From NCBI GenBank assembly GCA_013265495.1, contig MU058221.1:1302001-1366000 (forward strand): a stretch of 64,000 nucleotides of DNA, in the 5' to 3' direction. The notes beneath the pieces were generated by a model, which was given only the letters and a program-made list of their open reading frames with translations, did no database searches and was not told the origin of the DNA. Below are positions 50,080 to 62,855 of the stretch, piece by piece (the first letter of the stretch is position 1; every line of letters begins with the position of its first letter). A program made the position numbers and the translations under genes. The stretch is from Vicugna vicugna (lineage: Eukaryota).

Positions 50080-52297
50080 AGAAGACATGAGATAAACATG
50101 GTGTGGTGACTAGTCCTGGCAGAACCAAGAGCATGGAGGAGTATTTGTTATGCTATTCTTTCGTCTTCTCTACATCAGCTGACATACTTCACAATAAAAA
50201 ATTTTGTATTTCAATGAAAAGTTTGTTTGTGCAAATGTTTTTTCAAATACATTGGGGGGAGTAAGACATCCTCCAGAAAATGGCGCTTGTAAACATCTGC
50301 ACTGACAGATTGTCGCTTTATACAGCTCCCAGTGTGATGTCCACCACAACGCCAAGAAGAAGGACCAGCAGATGTGCCCACAGCTGGAGCAAGAAAGCCA
50401 CCCACGTGGTGCGGCCACACTGGGCGATGACAAAGAACCTTGGAGTCTGCCCTGGCTCACTTTTCCGTTTGTTTATTTTAATCTATTTTGTTTTCTGTTT
50501 AGTTAATAAGACGGAGAAACCCCTCCCCTCCCAATGCAGAGAACGTACAGAGGAGGCAGCCCTGGGCGTTGGGAGCCCAAAGTCGGTCTCTCAGTGTTGC
50601 TTCAACTCATAGGAATTTCACATTTGAAGGCACAGTATCTGGTACTTGTCCCAGCAACTAATAATCATTACTACTTCCTACGCGAAACATCAGCCAGCAG
50701 CTTCTGGCTTAAGCCTTCTTTTTTCAAGAAATCCAGCCTTTGGATTTCAGCAGTTGTTGACTCTTTCACTCAGAGGATTTAAAATCTTCCATTTTGTAGA
50801 AGGAATCTGCGAGCTGATCTGCATGGAAGACATTTCAATTAAATTTGAAACTAACTTTAATAATAGAACATAAATGTTTGTAGTAGCTATTAGTTGGAAG
50901 GCTGCTCTGAAATTTGAGGAAAATAAGAATGATTAAGACACAGGACTGAAGTGGGCCTGAGCAAAATAGTGGCAGGTCGGGGCCCAAAATGAGTGAGGGT
51001 GAGGGAGGAGTGTACTGCGACTCAGAAAGCCAAGGAACTTTAAGAATGTCAGTTGCCCTCATATCGTCTTCTGGGCTGTATTCCTCTTCCAGTATGTCTG
51101 AAAATGCAATTAAAGTCAGCTTCCTGTGCATAATGCATGTCCAAGAACCTTGCATAATGTGGTTGGTTGACGGTTGAATAAAGGGAGACCTGTACTCAGA
51201 TGCAGTGAACAAAGTCTGAAGACAAGACAGCAACTTCAGGAGTAAAGATGGAGCAGCATTGAACAGGATCTTAAATCGCCTCATCACCACATGTTGCCAA
51301 ACTGAAGAGACAGGGATTTGGGTAAAATAAACTGCTCCCTGCAGAATGTTCAAGATAGAAGGACACAGAATTACTTACTATCCATAGTTCCATTTTAGAT
51401 GTTAGATGCAGCAGATTTGGGGAAGAGAAACGTGGGTTTCTCAGCATAAGTCCTCAAGGACCAAACAAGAGCTCAGAGAGAAGGAAATTCAAATACAAAA
51501 AAAAAAGTGTTTGTAAAGTTCTGCAGGCTGACTATTAAATTAGTGACAAATGAAATTATACGAAAGGGCAAGCCCAAAAGAATCAACACGTTGCAGAATT
51601 TGGGGCATGAAAAAAAAAAAAAACCAACTACAAAGTGAAGTAAAGAGGAGCTTCTCGTTGCCTGTTGATTGCTTGTTTGGTTGCCTGGTTTGAATTGTTT
51701 TCAGCTTTGGAAGAAACACATTTTGAAAGCAGGAAGGAAGAAGCCAAGTGAAAGGGAAGTGATTGAAAAGCCTGGAAAAAGAAGGTGTAATTGATGGAGC
51801 AACTTCCCTGAGGAGGTAGCAAGAGGTGGGGTCAAGGGGGTAAGCGGGAAGCTCTGTTCACTGGGGGTACTTTGGAGTGGAGCGGGAAATGCTTGCAGCG
51901 GTAAATAAGGGAGATTCAGGGTGAGTCTGGCTTCAGCAAGAATTTATTGAACACAAAACTTTGTTCTTAGCACTGCTGGCCCTGTAACATGTCACAGGAA
52001 GGACTTCAGAGACATCAAAGGTGCTTTATGCCCTTATCCTGTTTTCCAGTTATAATATTCAACCTATTGGAGAGCTGAAATGGTAGAGACGAGAGAAGTT
52101 ATAGTCGTCCAGACAAGATCGTAATTCTGTTTCAGGTATTTGATTCTTTTTTAGATGCAAGAAGAAGGAAAAGAGCTCCCGAGTAAATGTCTTAATAAAA
52201 TGTAGCCTTAAAAGAGCCGAACAGGGAGCAACAGCTCTGCTTGTTTTCTTATTTACACCTTATGTCTCAGAAAGTCAGGGCGTGTAACAAGACATTT

Positions 52298-52323
52298 ATA
52301 TATATATATATATATATATATAT
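52298..52323. repeat. (TA)n microsatellite
   Basis: Uninterrupted tatata run. Confidence 0.9.
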
Positions 52324-52402
52324 GTAGATATACTTTTCAAATCAAAATTGTCTCTTTAGGAAAAGATGATATAAAAAGTAATCTTATAACAGATAATGGC
52401 AC

Positions 52403-53027
52403 TGATGCAGGAAAACAGATGTGGGGCACGAGGAGGGCCGTGTCCCAGGCTTCAGTGGAGCCCCTGGGACGTGCCTCGCCAGGTGTGGGTCCTTGGCTTG
52501 CGCAGGAAAGAATTCAAGAACAAGCCACAGTTGCGTGAAGGTAGATTTATTTAGAGAGATACATCGAAAGGCAAGAGAAAGGCCGTGAGGTGTGGGGGTT
52601 GGGTGCTCAGATTAAAAGTAGGTACACACTCCATAGACAGAGTGCAGGCCGCTTCCGAAGAGGGAGAGAGGGGGGCAGAGATCGCGAGGCACCATGTTGC
52701 CAGTTTTTCTGGGCTCAGTGGCTTCATATGCAATAAGTGGAAGGACCAGTCTACCTAGTCTGGAGAAAGGGCAGGGATTCCCAGGAAGTTGGTCATTTCC
52801 CACTCTTCGGCCTTTTGTGGCCTTGGGACTGCCCTGGTGCCTGTGGGCGTGTTATTCACCATGTTAATACATTACAATAAGCATATAATGAAGCTCAAGG
52901 TCTAATAGAAGTTAAATCTCCCACCATCTTGAGCCTCAAGGCCTCCTGGGGGCTGAATCTTCCACCGTTTTGATGTTAATTGCTGCAGCATCCTTGAACG
53001 GCTGTGCCCTGCCCCCTTCCTGTCTCA
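52403..53027 (-). mobile_element. Full-length ERV1-type solo LTR (625 bp)
   Basis: TGA...TCA termini; AATAAA on the minus strand (tttatt 52546-52551). Flanks gcac/gtat fit a 4-bp TSD with two C>T changes. Confidence 0.85.
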
Positions 53028-53519
53028 GTATGTTTACCCTCATTCCTATAGCTTGAAAAAAATTGATACTGGAGCAAAATTTTTGCTTTATCATAGTTAG
53101 ATTTATATTATAATTATGAACATTCCAACTGTATATATGTACAAATGTTAGTTTTTTTATAAAATAATATGTTAAAATGGTAACATAACCTAACATAACA
53201 AAACTTTTAGAAATAATAGAATATTTCTAAAAGAAATAACTTTACGCGTATTTGTCCTCATGGATTGCTGCCTTACCACTATGTCTTATTTGTATTAAAA
53301 TTTACATATAGTGACCACAACACTCCAAGCCACCAGATGTCAGAACTGAAGGCGGGCCAACCCGAGAGAGGAAAATGGCACCGTTGCTTTGTTCCTCCTG
53401 TCTTACGTCCTGGCTTCGGGGCGGCCATGATGGGCTGATGGCTCACACCCTCGAGTGCCTGGACACCCCCATCGCCTTTGCACATGCTCTTACCCAGGAT
53501 GCACACAGAAGAACCTAGG

Positions 53520-54110
53520 GAGGGGCACAAACCGCAGTGCTGATTACATTGTAACGAGCACTGGGTCATGTTAAGTCAGGTCCTCGCTCTGCTGCTCAGC
53601 CACAGCGTCTGATTCTAACTGGCTTTTTTGTTGGCACTTATCTAGAGAGAGCAAAGCTCTTTGAAGCCCCTTAGCCTGAGCACGGCTGCACTGTTATCAT
53701 CTGGGTTGGTCCCTCCCGTTTCCCCTCCTCCTCGCCCAGGGCTCATTTCTGTCTAACTGCCCAACAGCCGGAGTCGTCTCGAGCGGTGTTTATTTTTCTG
53801 TGGTCTCCACACACAGCTTTCCCAGGAGGATGGCTTCAGAATAGCCAGGCATCTTACCCGGCAGTCCTTAATTCTAAAATCACAGAGTGAAAGAAAGAAA
53901 GTGAGACAGAGAGACAGGCAGAGGAAGGAGGAGAGGAGCAGAAGCTGGACTTTCTTTCACGGCACAGCCTCGGAAGCCGTGCAGCCTCGTCTCCTCCACG
54001 TGCTCCGTGTTTGTAAGTGAGCAGCCAAGCTTGGCTGAGTTTTAAAAGGAGAAAACTCACACTTCGCCTTTTGCGAGGGGAGTGATAAAGAATGTGTGGA
54101 AATCCTTTCA
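53520..54110 (-). mobile_element. Old MLT1 (J/K/L-like) LTR
   Basis: gcagaagctgg...acagcctcggaagccgtgcagcctcgtctcctccacgtgctc...aaaaggagaaaactcacacttcgccttttg. Confidence 0.5.
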
Positions 54111-54259
54111 AAGCATTTTACACAGGTGTGCAAAGAAGGAGTTAGAAAGCCTGAGAACATTTGGAAAACTCAGGCTCAACTTGGCCAAAGTGAAAACACA
54201 TTGTCTGGACGCTGTCAGCTAGCAGGGGACCCAGACAGCAACGCACAAAGACAAAGCAA

Positions 54260-55510
54260 TGAAAAATATGACAGAAGTTTAAAAAAGTAGGAAGGATTAG
54301 CCACATTTCAACACATGCCTGATAGGAGTTTTAGGGAAAGAGGAAACGGATAATGGCAGAGCAATTATTCAAAGACATAATGACTAAGAATTTATCTGAA
54401 CTGATAAAAAAATGTGAGTCTGCGGATGGAAAACTAAATGCCAACAAAGTATATAAAAATAAATCCACACCTAGGAAAGAGGAGCAAAACCTCAGAATAT
54501 CAATGATATAAAGAAAATATTAAAACTACCTAAAGAAACAAAAATGATATTCAAAGGAATGAACATTAGACCAATTGCAGGGAAATCCCAGAGTAACAGA
54601 AGAATAAGAAGTTCCAGACAGAAGAAGACAACGGACTATTGTCTTCAACGTGTTGGAAGAAATTGTGTCCCCGTGAATTCTGTATTCAGCCAACTGTATA
54701 TTTTTCAGATGTTCAGAAAGCTATAAAAGTGCATAACTTAACAATACCTTGATGAAGTATTTAGTGTGAAATATACTTACGGAGAAAGATGAAAGCAGAA
54801 AGAAAGAAGAAATGAGAAGCAAGGAACAATGAAGGGCAATGAATTCTTTATAAGAGGGCACAGCTGTTTAATGACTACAAAAGGTATTTTGTGCTTAAAA
54901 AGTTGAAATTAAAACTGTGCAACAGCAGCAAGACTGCAGGATGGGAGGTTCCCTGCATGAGCAAGCGGCATAGTTGCCCTTCTTATCCACGGGGTTTGAA
55001 TCTTCAACTTCAAGAAATAGCAAATCAAAACTTTTTTTTAAAAAATTCAGAAAGTTACAAAAAGCGAAATTTGCACTTGTCACGTTCTGGCAACTATTTT
55101 CATCGCATTTACATCGCATTTACATTGTATTAGATGTTGCAAGTAATCTAGAGATGATGTGAAGTATGTGACAGATGATGTGTGTACGTTATATGCAAAT
55201 ACTATGTCATTTTATGTGAAGGACTTAGGTGTCCCTAGCTTTTGGTGACCTCAGGGGGTCCTGGCATCAATCCCTTGGGCTATGGAAGGATGACTATGTT
55301 AAACTGCATGAATAAGTTTGTGTAAAAAAGTGAAGAAAAGATTAAAAATAACGGACATGTGTGAATAAAGCCTGTGAAGTCAAGAAGAGAAAGAAGAGAG
55401 AACAATAAAAATGCATGTTGGGAAGAAAATAAAAATGAGAAAGAGTCAAGCAAATTTAGCCATAATTACAATGTACTAAATGTGTTCCCTTACGTATTAA
55501 AAACAGAGGT
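54260..55510 (+). mobile_element. Ancient L1ME/HAL1 ORF1-like remnant, interrupted by a MER2-family element
   Basis: attcaaagacataatgactaagaatttatctgaactgataaaa, aaataaatccacacctag, tcaaaggaatgaacattagac. Confidence 0.6.
54971..55296. mobile_element. MER2/MER2B (TcMar-Tigger) DNA transposon
   Basis: TIR-like tagttgcccttcttatccacgggg ... ggaaggatgacta; diagnostic gcatttacattgtattag...agtaatctagagatgat...ttatatgcaaatacta. Confidence 0.85.
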
Positions 55511-56079
55511 TAGCAAATCCAGCTGAAAAGGCAGGAAGACCCAGCTACCTCTGTCTTCCCTGCGCATCGGCAACCAATGTGTCACGTACCATTTGCAAGT
55601 CAAGGGATAAAATTAATTACCAGGGAAAATGCCATCATCGGAAGGTGGTGCCGGACGCTGTTTGCAAATGGAATTTGAATGTTTCTAAGTTCCCCAGGCC
55701 CAGCCCTTAAAATAATTCATTATTTGGGGTTCCAAAATCTTCAGGACTTTTCTGTGTGTTTCTCTTTCCTGAAACTTCTCTTTTCCCCCCAGACTGATTG
55801 TTCCTCGTGCCGTGACTATTCATCCTTCAATAATCGGATTGAAGGAAACTTCATTTATGAAGCAGGTTTTAATACTATTTATACTTAATATTTGATACCT
55901 AATAGTTTACTGCTATACTCCTAATGTAGCCTTTAGAAAACGCAGAACACCAAATACCTAGCACTTGGTGTGTTAGTTTCAGGGTTAACCTGCCAGTCGC
56001 CACCCAGCAGCTTTTCCCTTATCGTTCTTCAATTACAGAGTCCAGAATTTACTCAGGAATCACTCAGGCTCCCTAAAAG

Positions 56080-56370
56080 AGGGCAGCCCGGCGCCCCCCT
56101 TGCAGGCGGAGGCCGTGGCCGCATTCTGACTTGCTGGGTCGAAGCAGAGACGCGTCAGATTTGGGGCACAGCCACGTCAAACGGGCACGCTCTTCTCAGC
56201 GCTCCCCCTCGCTCTCCTCCAAGTCAGGGACGCAGAGGTAACCGGAGAGCCTCCTCGGTTACCTGTGAGCGCGGGGGCCTCCAGGACGGCGATCGGCAGG
56301 GAGACGGAGAAACAGAGAAGCAGAAGGCGGCTGAGCGCCACAGAGCGGCTGAGTCGCCCAGTTCCCCAGG
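56080..56370. promoter_or_regulatory. Small CpG-rich patch with a 9-bp-stem inverted repeat (56236-56264)
   Basis: cccggcgccccc, ggcggaggccg, gcgcgggg; aggtaaccg-N11-cggttacct. Confidence 0.3.
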
Positions 56371-58879
56371 TGACGTTTTTGGGAGAGAGAAATAGACTAC
56401 ACAGGTCGTGGGAGAGCTGGTGTTACTTGGGGCACGACGGTAAAAACAGCCAAATTAAACTAGTTCTATTGCTCATTCCATCTCTAAATCTTAATCTCCG
56501 TACCCAAAACGACACACCACTCATTAGAGGAACCGCTTATAAAAGCTATGAGTTTGGAACGGTTATTCTTGCACGAGTTTCTTAAATCCGTCATGAATAG
56601 TTCTGTATTTAGATGATTTAATATTCTGTGAATTCGGTGGGATATCTAATGCTGGCATTACGTGCCAGAGGGGACAGTAAAGCTGGAAGAAAGAGGAGAG
56701 ACGGAACCTTTCTGTTTCTGTTTTGTTCCCATCAACAGGCCAGAGGTGACCCTTGCTCCTGCTGTGACATTGATTCTTATCTCCAGCCTTTCATTAGAAC
56801 CAGCCGCCTACGCCCGCACAGAGGTGGGTGAGGCTCCTGCGCAGGTGTGTGTGTGTGTGTGTGGCAGCAGTGTGGCAATCCGTGGGTTATCAGGTTTCCC
56901 AGGTGATCCCGACACACACCCGAGTTTGCACACCTCAGTGTCCTGCCGACACGACAATTACTGCATGTTCTTCTATGTACACTTACGCCTAATACCGTCT
57001 ATTATTTTCCTTAATTCTACTTGGCGTTATAAAAGCCATCTCTCGGGACCCTCTGCGGTCTTGGGTCAAATGTCATCTGGCTGTTTGCTCGTAGCATCTC
57101 CGGACGATACGACTCTGAGAACGTCCTTTAATTCATCCTGCCTGTCATTCTTCAAACGCCCTTCACTTCTCTCCTGTGTTGGTTCCTTTATTTCCTGAAC
57201 CCTCATTTCGTTGGAGCACAGAAATCTAATCGCTTCCTGGGAATGACACTTGGGTGGTGATTTATCTGGCCCTTCTAGCCATCTTTCCTGGAATTCAAAT
57301 AGAGCAGTATTAAAAATCTTACTATTTATACCGTATATCTTTCTGCATATATATCGCATACTCTATATGCTGTTCATATAGTAACATAGACTTATTTTTA
57401 GTGCCTGTGCACCATTTAATAATACGTACTTAGGAAAAAGATGCGGTAAAGTGGTTAGATATTAACCCAGAAAATCTAGGAAAAAGACAACGATTTGTGA
57501 GAAATACTGTTGATGCTTTTAAGAGGGAAAAGGTCATTAAAATAAATATCCCAAAACAGTTAGCTAATTAGCAAACAAATTAAAATTTAGAGCTGTCAGT
57601 TACTAGGGAAATGGTATAAGTGTTTTCCAGCGAAAAGCAACAGTGATAAAAAAAGGGTTTGACATTTCAATATAAAGTTGATTCTCATAAAAATAAAGTT
57701 AAAGTTAATGTTTATTAATGATATAACTTTATGTTCAAATTTTAAGACATAAAATTGGTCATTAAAATACCATCAATTTTTAATGGAATAATGCCATTTT
57801 TTGCCAAATAGATAAATATTATCCGTTGGGAGAAATTATTTTATTGACTATAATGTTCCAGAAGCCAACTTGGAAATTTTAAATGCTAGTGAAATCCTCA
57901 ATTTATATCTGAACCCAGTTATTTTTGGTGTCTGACTTTCATTCAAAGTTAATTCAAAGACTCTTTCTCAATTAGTATAAAATTTATTTTCCATGTTATA
58001 TATATATTGCAATAGGTGATGCAATTTTAATTTCTTTCATTCTCTTATAACTCCCTCCTGTTTTTTTTTTTAAGAAGTGACACCTCCAGATGTAGTTCAA
58101 GTCCCTTTAACTAACTGTCACAGTCCTGTTTCCTCCTGTTCCCTGCAGAAGGGACCAGCCCTGTGCGTCTGCACTAAGCCATCCTTCACGGGATCAACTT
58201 GCGTCATAAGAGAGCAGTGTTGTTCTGGTGTTTTAAAAATGTCCATAAACATCGCTAAGCCATCGGTATTCTGTGTTTTCACTTATTGTATCTTAGGGCT
58301 CCATGTTGATACATACAGATCGAGTTACTTATAACCACTGTGTTCTGCTGAATAAATATAGCACATTCTATTTCTTTATTCTCCTAAAAAATGATGTTTC
58401 AAACATGTGCTTTTTTCAGATATGCTTTGCTATTTATGTGGCTCCCCTTTAGTTGCCGTTTTTTTATTGATTGAAATAATCAGGACACTGTAGAGCTATG
58501 CACTGACCAGTGCTGCTCTGCTTCCCCACAACCCCCACTGCGCTGGAATATTCTGTGTCACAGCGATGCGAGAACAGCGCCATTTCTCAACGCGCTATCT
58601 CCTTTCAAGAGATAAATGCCATGTGAATGTGGAATTACTAAAAGGTAAGACATCATTGATATTATCCCTCGCAAATACCAATTTCCCCCAGAGGAAGTTG
58701 CTGGAAACGTGCATCAGAGACATCAGGTGAAAATATTCTATGTTACCGACAAAATAAGATGACATGATATAGAAACGTTTTTGTTGATATATCTTAACTT
58801 GACTTCTCACTTTAATGAATTAATGGATGGCGACTATTCGGCTGTATTTATTGTCTCTGGGAGGGGTCAAGACATTAAA

Positions 58880-58924
58880 CACACACACACACAAACACAC
58901 AAACACATACAAACACACACACAC
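58880..58924. repeat. Imperfect (CA)n microsatellite
   Basis: acacacacacacaaacacacaaacacatacaaacacacacacac. Confidence 0.85.
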
Positions 58925-59139
58925 GCCCCACTTCTGGTTCTTAGCGTCATTCGCTTGTATTTGCAATTCAAGGCTGTTTTAGTTCTTAAACACTGGATTC
59001 CTTTCGGTCCAATCACCCACTGCATCCTTTGTTCCACACAATGTTTTTATGTGTGATGTGATACATATAGTGTTATTATGCCCTTTAATCAAGGAATAAA
59101 GCCAAACATCTACTTTTTCTTCTGGAGAAATTTGCGCTC

Positions 59140-59477
59140 AGATGTGACTTACTGGTCCCCCACTTCCTTCGAGCACCTGAGAAAATGATGTCCGTCGGAG
59201 GACCTTCCCTGACACTGACGCCTTTGTCTGAAATAGCACCTCCCTCCTTAAATCTCTACCAATTTATATTGTAGTCTTTTGTTTTTTTGTAAAATCATCG
59301 CTCACTGTTTGAAATACTAGAGGTTTGTGTACTACATGTGTGTCTCTCACCCCCGTGCGTCCTGTTGTGAGGGCAGTCATGTCAGGAATTTGTTCTACTC
59401 ATTATTGTCTCTCGAGCACTTAGAACAGCATCTGAAGTGAACTAGATCACAATCAATGTTTGTTAGGATGAATGAAG
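59140..59477 (+). mobile_element. L2 3' end
   Basis: ggaggaccttccctgac, tgagggcag, gcacttagaacagcatctg...caatcaatgtttgttaggatgaatgaa. Confidence 0.75.
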
Positions 59478-61554
59478 GAGGGGCCATATCTACCGCCCAT
59501 TTTACTCCAAAGTCTGTTGAAAAGGCAGAAAAGATGAAAACAGGAACAATAAATTCACAAAGAAGGGCAATAGGAAAAAATGAGACTCCGATGGCATTTT
59601 AGAAAATAAAGAGCTACGAGGGAAAAGTGACAGACACAGGGGAGCAGACAAAGCAGCGAATCCAAACCTAGCGCATGCCGAACGCAGACTAGCCAACACC
59701 CTGCACAGGCTGGGGAAGGGGCCCTGAAACGGGAGGCCACTTGTTTTTATTATTTTAAAAAAATCCAAATGGTGGATTTAAGGAGTAGAAAAGAGTCCTG
59801 GGACGAACAGTCAGGTGACTGTTAACTACAGCAAACGTGTAGCCGGGGGAGCCTCCTGCACAGGGAGGCTGAGTGCACGTCTCCAGCGACCTCGGCTAAC
59901 AGTGCTGCTGCCCCACATTATGTCGCCGCGTGGCGACAGCACAAACAGAGGGAAGCAGCCTAGAGTCTTTCGGAAATGATCTGCAAAAAACAGAGGGATC
60001 ACGTGTGTTGGAGGGAGAAACGTGGAGGGTGGAAGAAATAAGAAAACCTTGTATACAGGAAATACAAGACAAGACAAAAACCACGTATTCAGTGATGGTA
60101 ACATATGGTAGGCTGTTTAAATGCTGTAGTCATTTAGTTTCAGATGGAGCACTAGGGAATGAAAAGGAGAATTCATGAACGAAAGATGGGGCAGAAGAGA
60201 ACACAGAGCCTGAAGCACAGAGAGGCTAGATGAAAGGAAGTCCAATTGTGCAACATGACAGGACGAAGGGGAGCGGAATTTCACTTTTGAGGCGGTAAAG
60301 CAGGGGAGAGTCAAAAGAAATGCAAACAAACCAACAAAAAGGGTCAAGGAATTTAATTCTTCCCCAATTGCTGCTAAGACAACATACTCAAGCATATTTA
60401 AAAATAATTTGTCTTAGGGCTAGAAAAACCCACTGGGGACACTTACTATAGCAGGGTCCTTTCTTAAGTAAAGGAAAATTATACATTTTATTCGACCTTT
60501 CCAAATCCAACATAATATGAGTGATTTTCAATATCAAAAGTATTCAAGTCATCAGAGACTCCTTGCTTGGTATATAATGACTGATTTTTGAGTGAGATTT
60601 TGTAGAAAAATGATTTTCTATAGAAAAAAAAAAAACACCACCAAACTGTTCGGTGCAGCTTTCCAGCCTTGTCGGGATCTATATGTTTAAAATGTCCCCT
60701 ACTTGTCTGCCTTATTACCTTGATGCAAACCACGTGTAGAAGTAATAAAACTAGTCCCCAGCTGTTGGATTATCGTTTCAAATCTCCAGTTACCATCTTC
60801 TTTCCCATCCTGTCTTCTTGAAATTTTTGAAATTAGTCAGATTCGTAAACCATCACATGTATTTCGAAAGCAAGACTTAATGACCAGATACATTATTAAA
60901 AAGAAGGTGAAGAGCAACAGAAAACAAGTGATACACAGAGAAAAATGATACTTCTTCCAGCATTCCACATCACTTTGAGGACTAAGGAAAATTAGCAATT
61001 TAGAGGTGACTGTTTAATTTCAAATCGATCCTTTTACACACGTTAAAATAATCGCAGGAAAGAAAGTCACTTCTGTACCTGATAACAAAAAGAGGAAAAA
61101 AAGCAGTTGTTTAAGCCATGTATCCAATTAAATGATTCATACGGTGCTTTATTTGGTTGAGCATTCATTAAACAACTTCCCCAGTGTTCCCGTGGCATCT
61201 TTGTCGTTTGTGCAGTGTCCTAAATTAGTGTGCAAGAATGTCACCTGAAGGAAGCTAATTCATTAAGTGCCTTTAACGAGCGTAACAGCCTGCTCATTTC
61301 TCTAAGAAACTTTATAGTCTCTTTGAACACAATGCTACAGCCAGATTTCTTTTTGAATCATAAAGATGCACCTTACTCTGTTTCATTGTTGCTGTACATT
61401 TTCCTGGTGTCAATGATTAAAATGTCAAGTTGCTGAAGAAATATATTCAACCTTATGGAAAAGTATGTATTTAAACATATAAATTAGCTTCAAGCACTTA
61501 AACATCAGTGGAGGAAACTTCAGTGAAAAGTTGAGATCTGCAGTCAAGGTTACG

Positions 61555-62482
61555 TCGGCAAGATGGCCGAGCAGGAGGCCTCTCGCTTGCACCTCCCGGC
61601 AGCAGCTGCAGTTTGGCAGGCATCCACAAGCAGACGTGCATCTGTGGGCGCTGTAGGATCCAGGGAGAAGACTGTAAACCCCAGTGGGCGTGGAGTCTGA
61701 GACCGGAGGGGGCCCCTTTGCGCAGGCGCTGCCCGGGTGGCTGACTCACTGACCGCGGTCCCAGCCATAGACGCAGGAACAGCTACATACCCTGGTAAAC
61801 TCAGCTCCAGCCCTGTTGGCCTTGGTCCTGCCATCGGCGCCATACGCCAAAGGACCTGGGAGGACCTGCCTCAGATAACACACCTACAGACTTTGAGTCC
61901 AGCTGTCGACCCTGAAGTTGGCTTGTGACCCAGCTTCAGCCCCTCTGGGACTCGGTCCTGGAGGCATGACTGTGGAACTCGGTCTGATGGCACGTTCTGA
62001 AATGGCCTTGTAGCTGGATGACAACCCTTCCCAGCTCCAGTCTGTGAGCTGTCTTGCTGGCCGAGGCCTGGCAGGAGAGACTCATATCCACGTCCCAGAC
62101 ATCCTGACACAGACCTCCTGCTTGGTTCCAGCCCCTCCCAGCTGCAGTTTTGTTGGACCAGGAACCTGCAGGGAGACAGACCAGCCAGTATTGGTCCAGT
62201 AGCAGATCCAGAAATGGTTATGTGACTCAATTCCAACTCTTCTCAGTTCTGGGCCACAAGTAGTTCTGCCTCCCCAGAGACCCACCAGAAGACGTACCTT
62301 TTCATATTCCTGGAGGTAAGCCTGCCAGCCAGCCACAGTCTGACTGCATGTCCTGCAACAGCCTTGTAACAGCTCTGGCTCCAGCCACGGTCAGAGATCA
62401 GTTCTGCCCACGCAAGATCTGGTTAGAGACACGCCTATCTGTTCCCCAGAAACAGGTTTGCAGACCCCTGTCCTAACTGGAA
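61555..62482 (+). mobile_element. L1 5'UTR-like segment
   Basis: Starts caagatggccga (L1 5' YY1-type motif); GC-rich with recurrent ccagc/ccagccc motifs; no ORF1 follows. Confidence 0.65.
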
Positions 62483-62855
62483 CCATTGTGTGTGTGTGAA
62501 TATACCACATCTTCTTTATCCAGTCATCTGTCGATAGACATTTAGGTTGTTTCCATGTCTTGGCTGTTGTAAATAGTGCTGCTATGAAAATTGGGGTGCA
62601 GGTGCCTTTTCAAATTAAAGTTCCCTCGGGATATATGCCCAGGGGTGGGAGTGCTGGATCATATGGTAAGTCTGTCTTTAGTCTTTTGAGGAATCTCCAC
62701 AATGTTTTCCACAGTGGTTGCCCCAAACTGCATCCCACCAGCAGTGTGGGAGGGTTCCCTTTTCTCCACAGCCTCTCCAGCATTTATCGTTTGTGGCTGT
62801 TTTAAATGATGTACATTCTGAAAGGATACCTCATTGTAGTTCTGATTTGCAATTC
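62483..62855 (-). mobile_element. Antisense L1 ORF2 C-terminal fragment, truncated at both ends
   Basis: ccacatcttctttatccagtcatctgtcgatagacatttaggttgtttccatgtcttggct...gctggatcatatggtaag...tacctcattgtagttctgatttgc. Confidence 0.9.

Noticed and set aside
50835..51353. 172-aa minus-strand ORF
   Set aside because: Non-ATG start, no recognisable homology, no clear splice context.
25644..53027. Two related same-orientation LTRs as ends of one provirus
   Set aside because: About 27 kb apart, clearly diverged, no gag/pol/env between them, and the 52403 LTR appears to have its own TSD.
56085..56110. CTCF-like motifs (also ~9250, ~33145, ~50270)
   Set aside because: Each has two or more mismatches or a gap against the core consensus; not supportable without a matrix scan.
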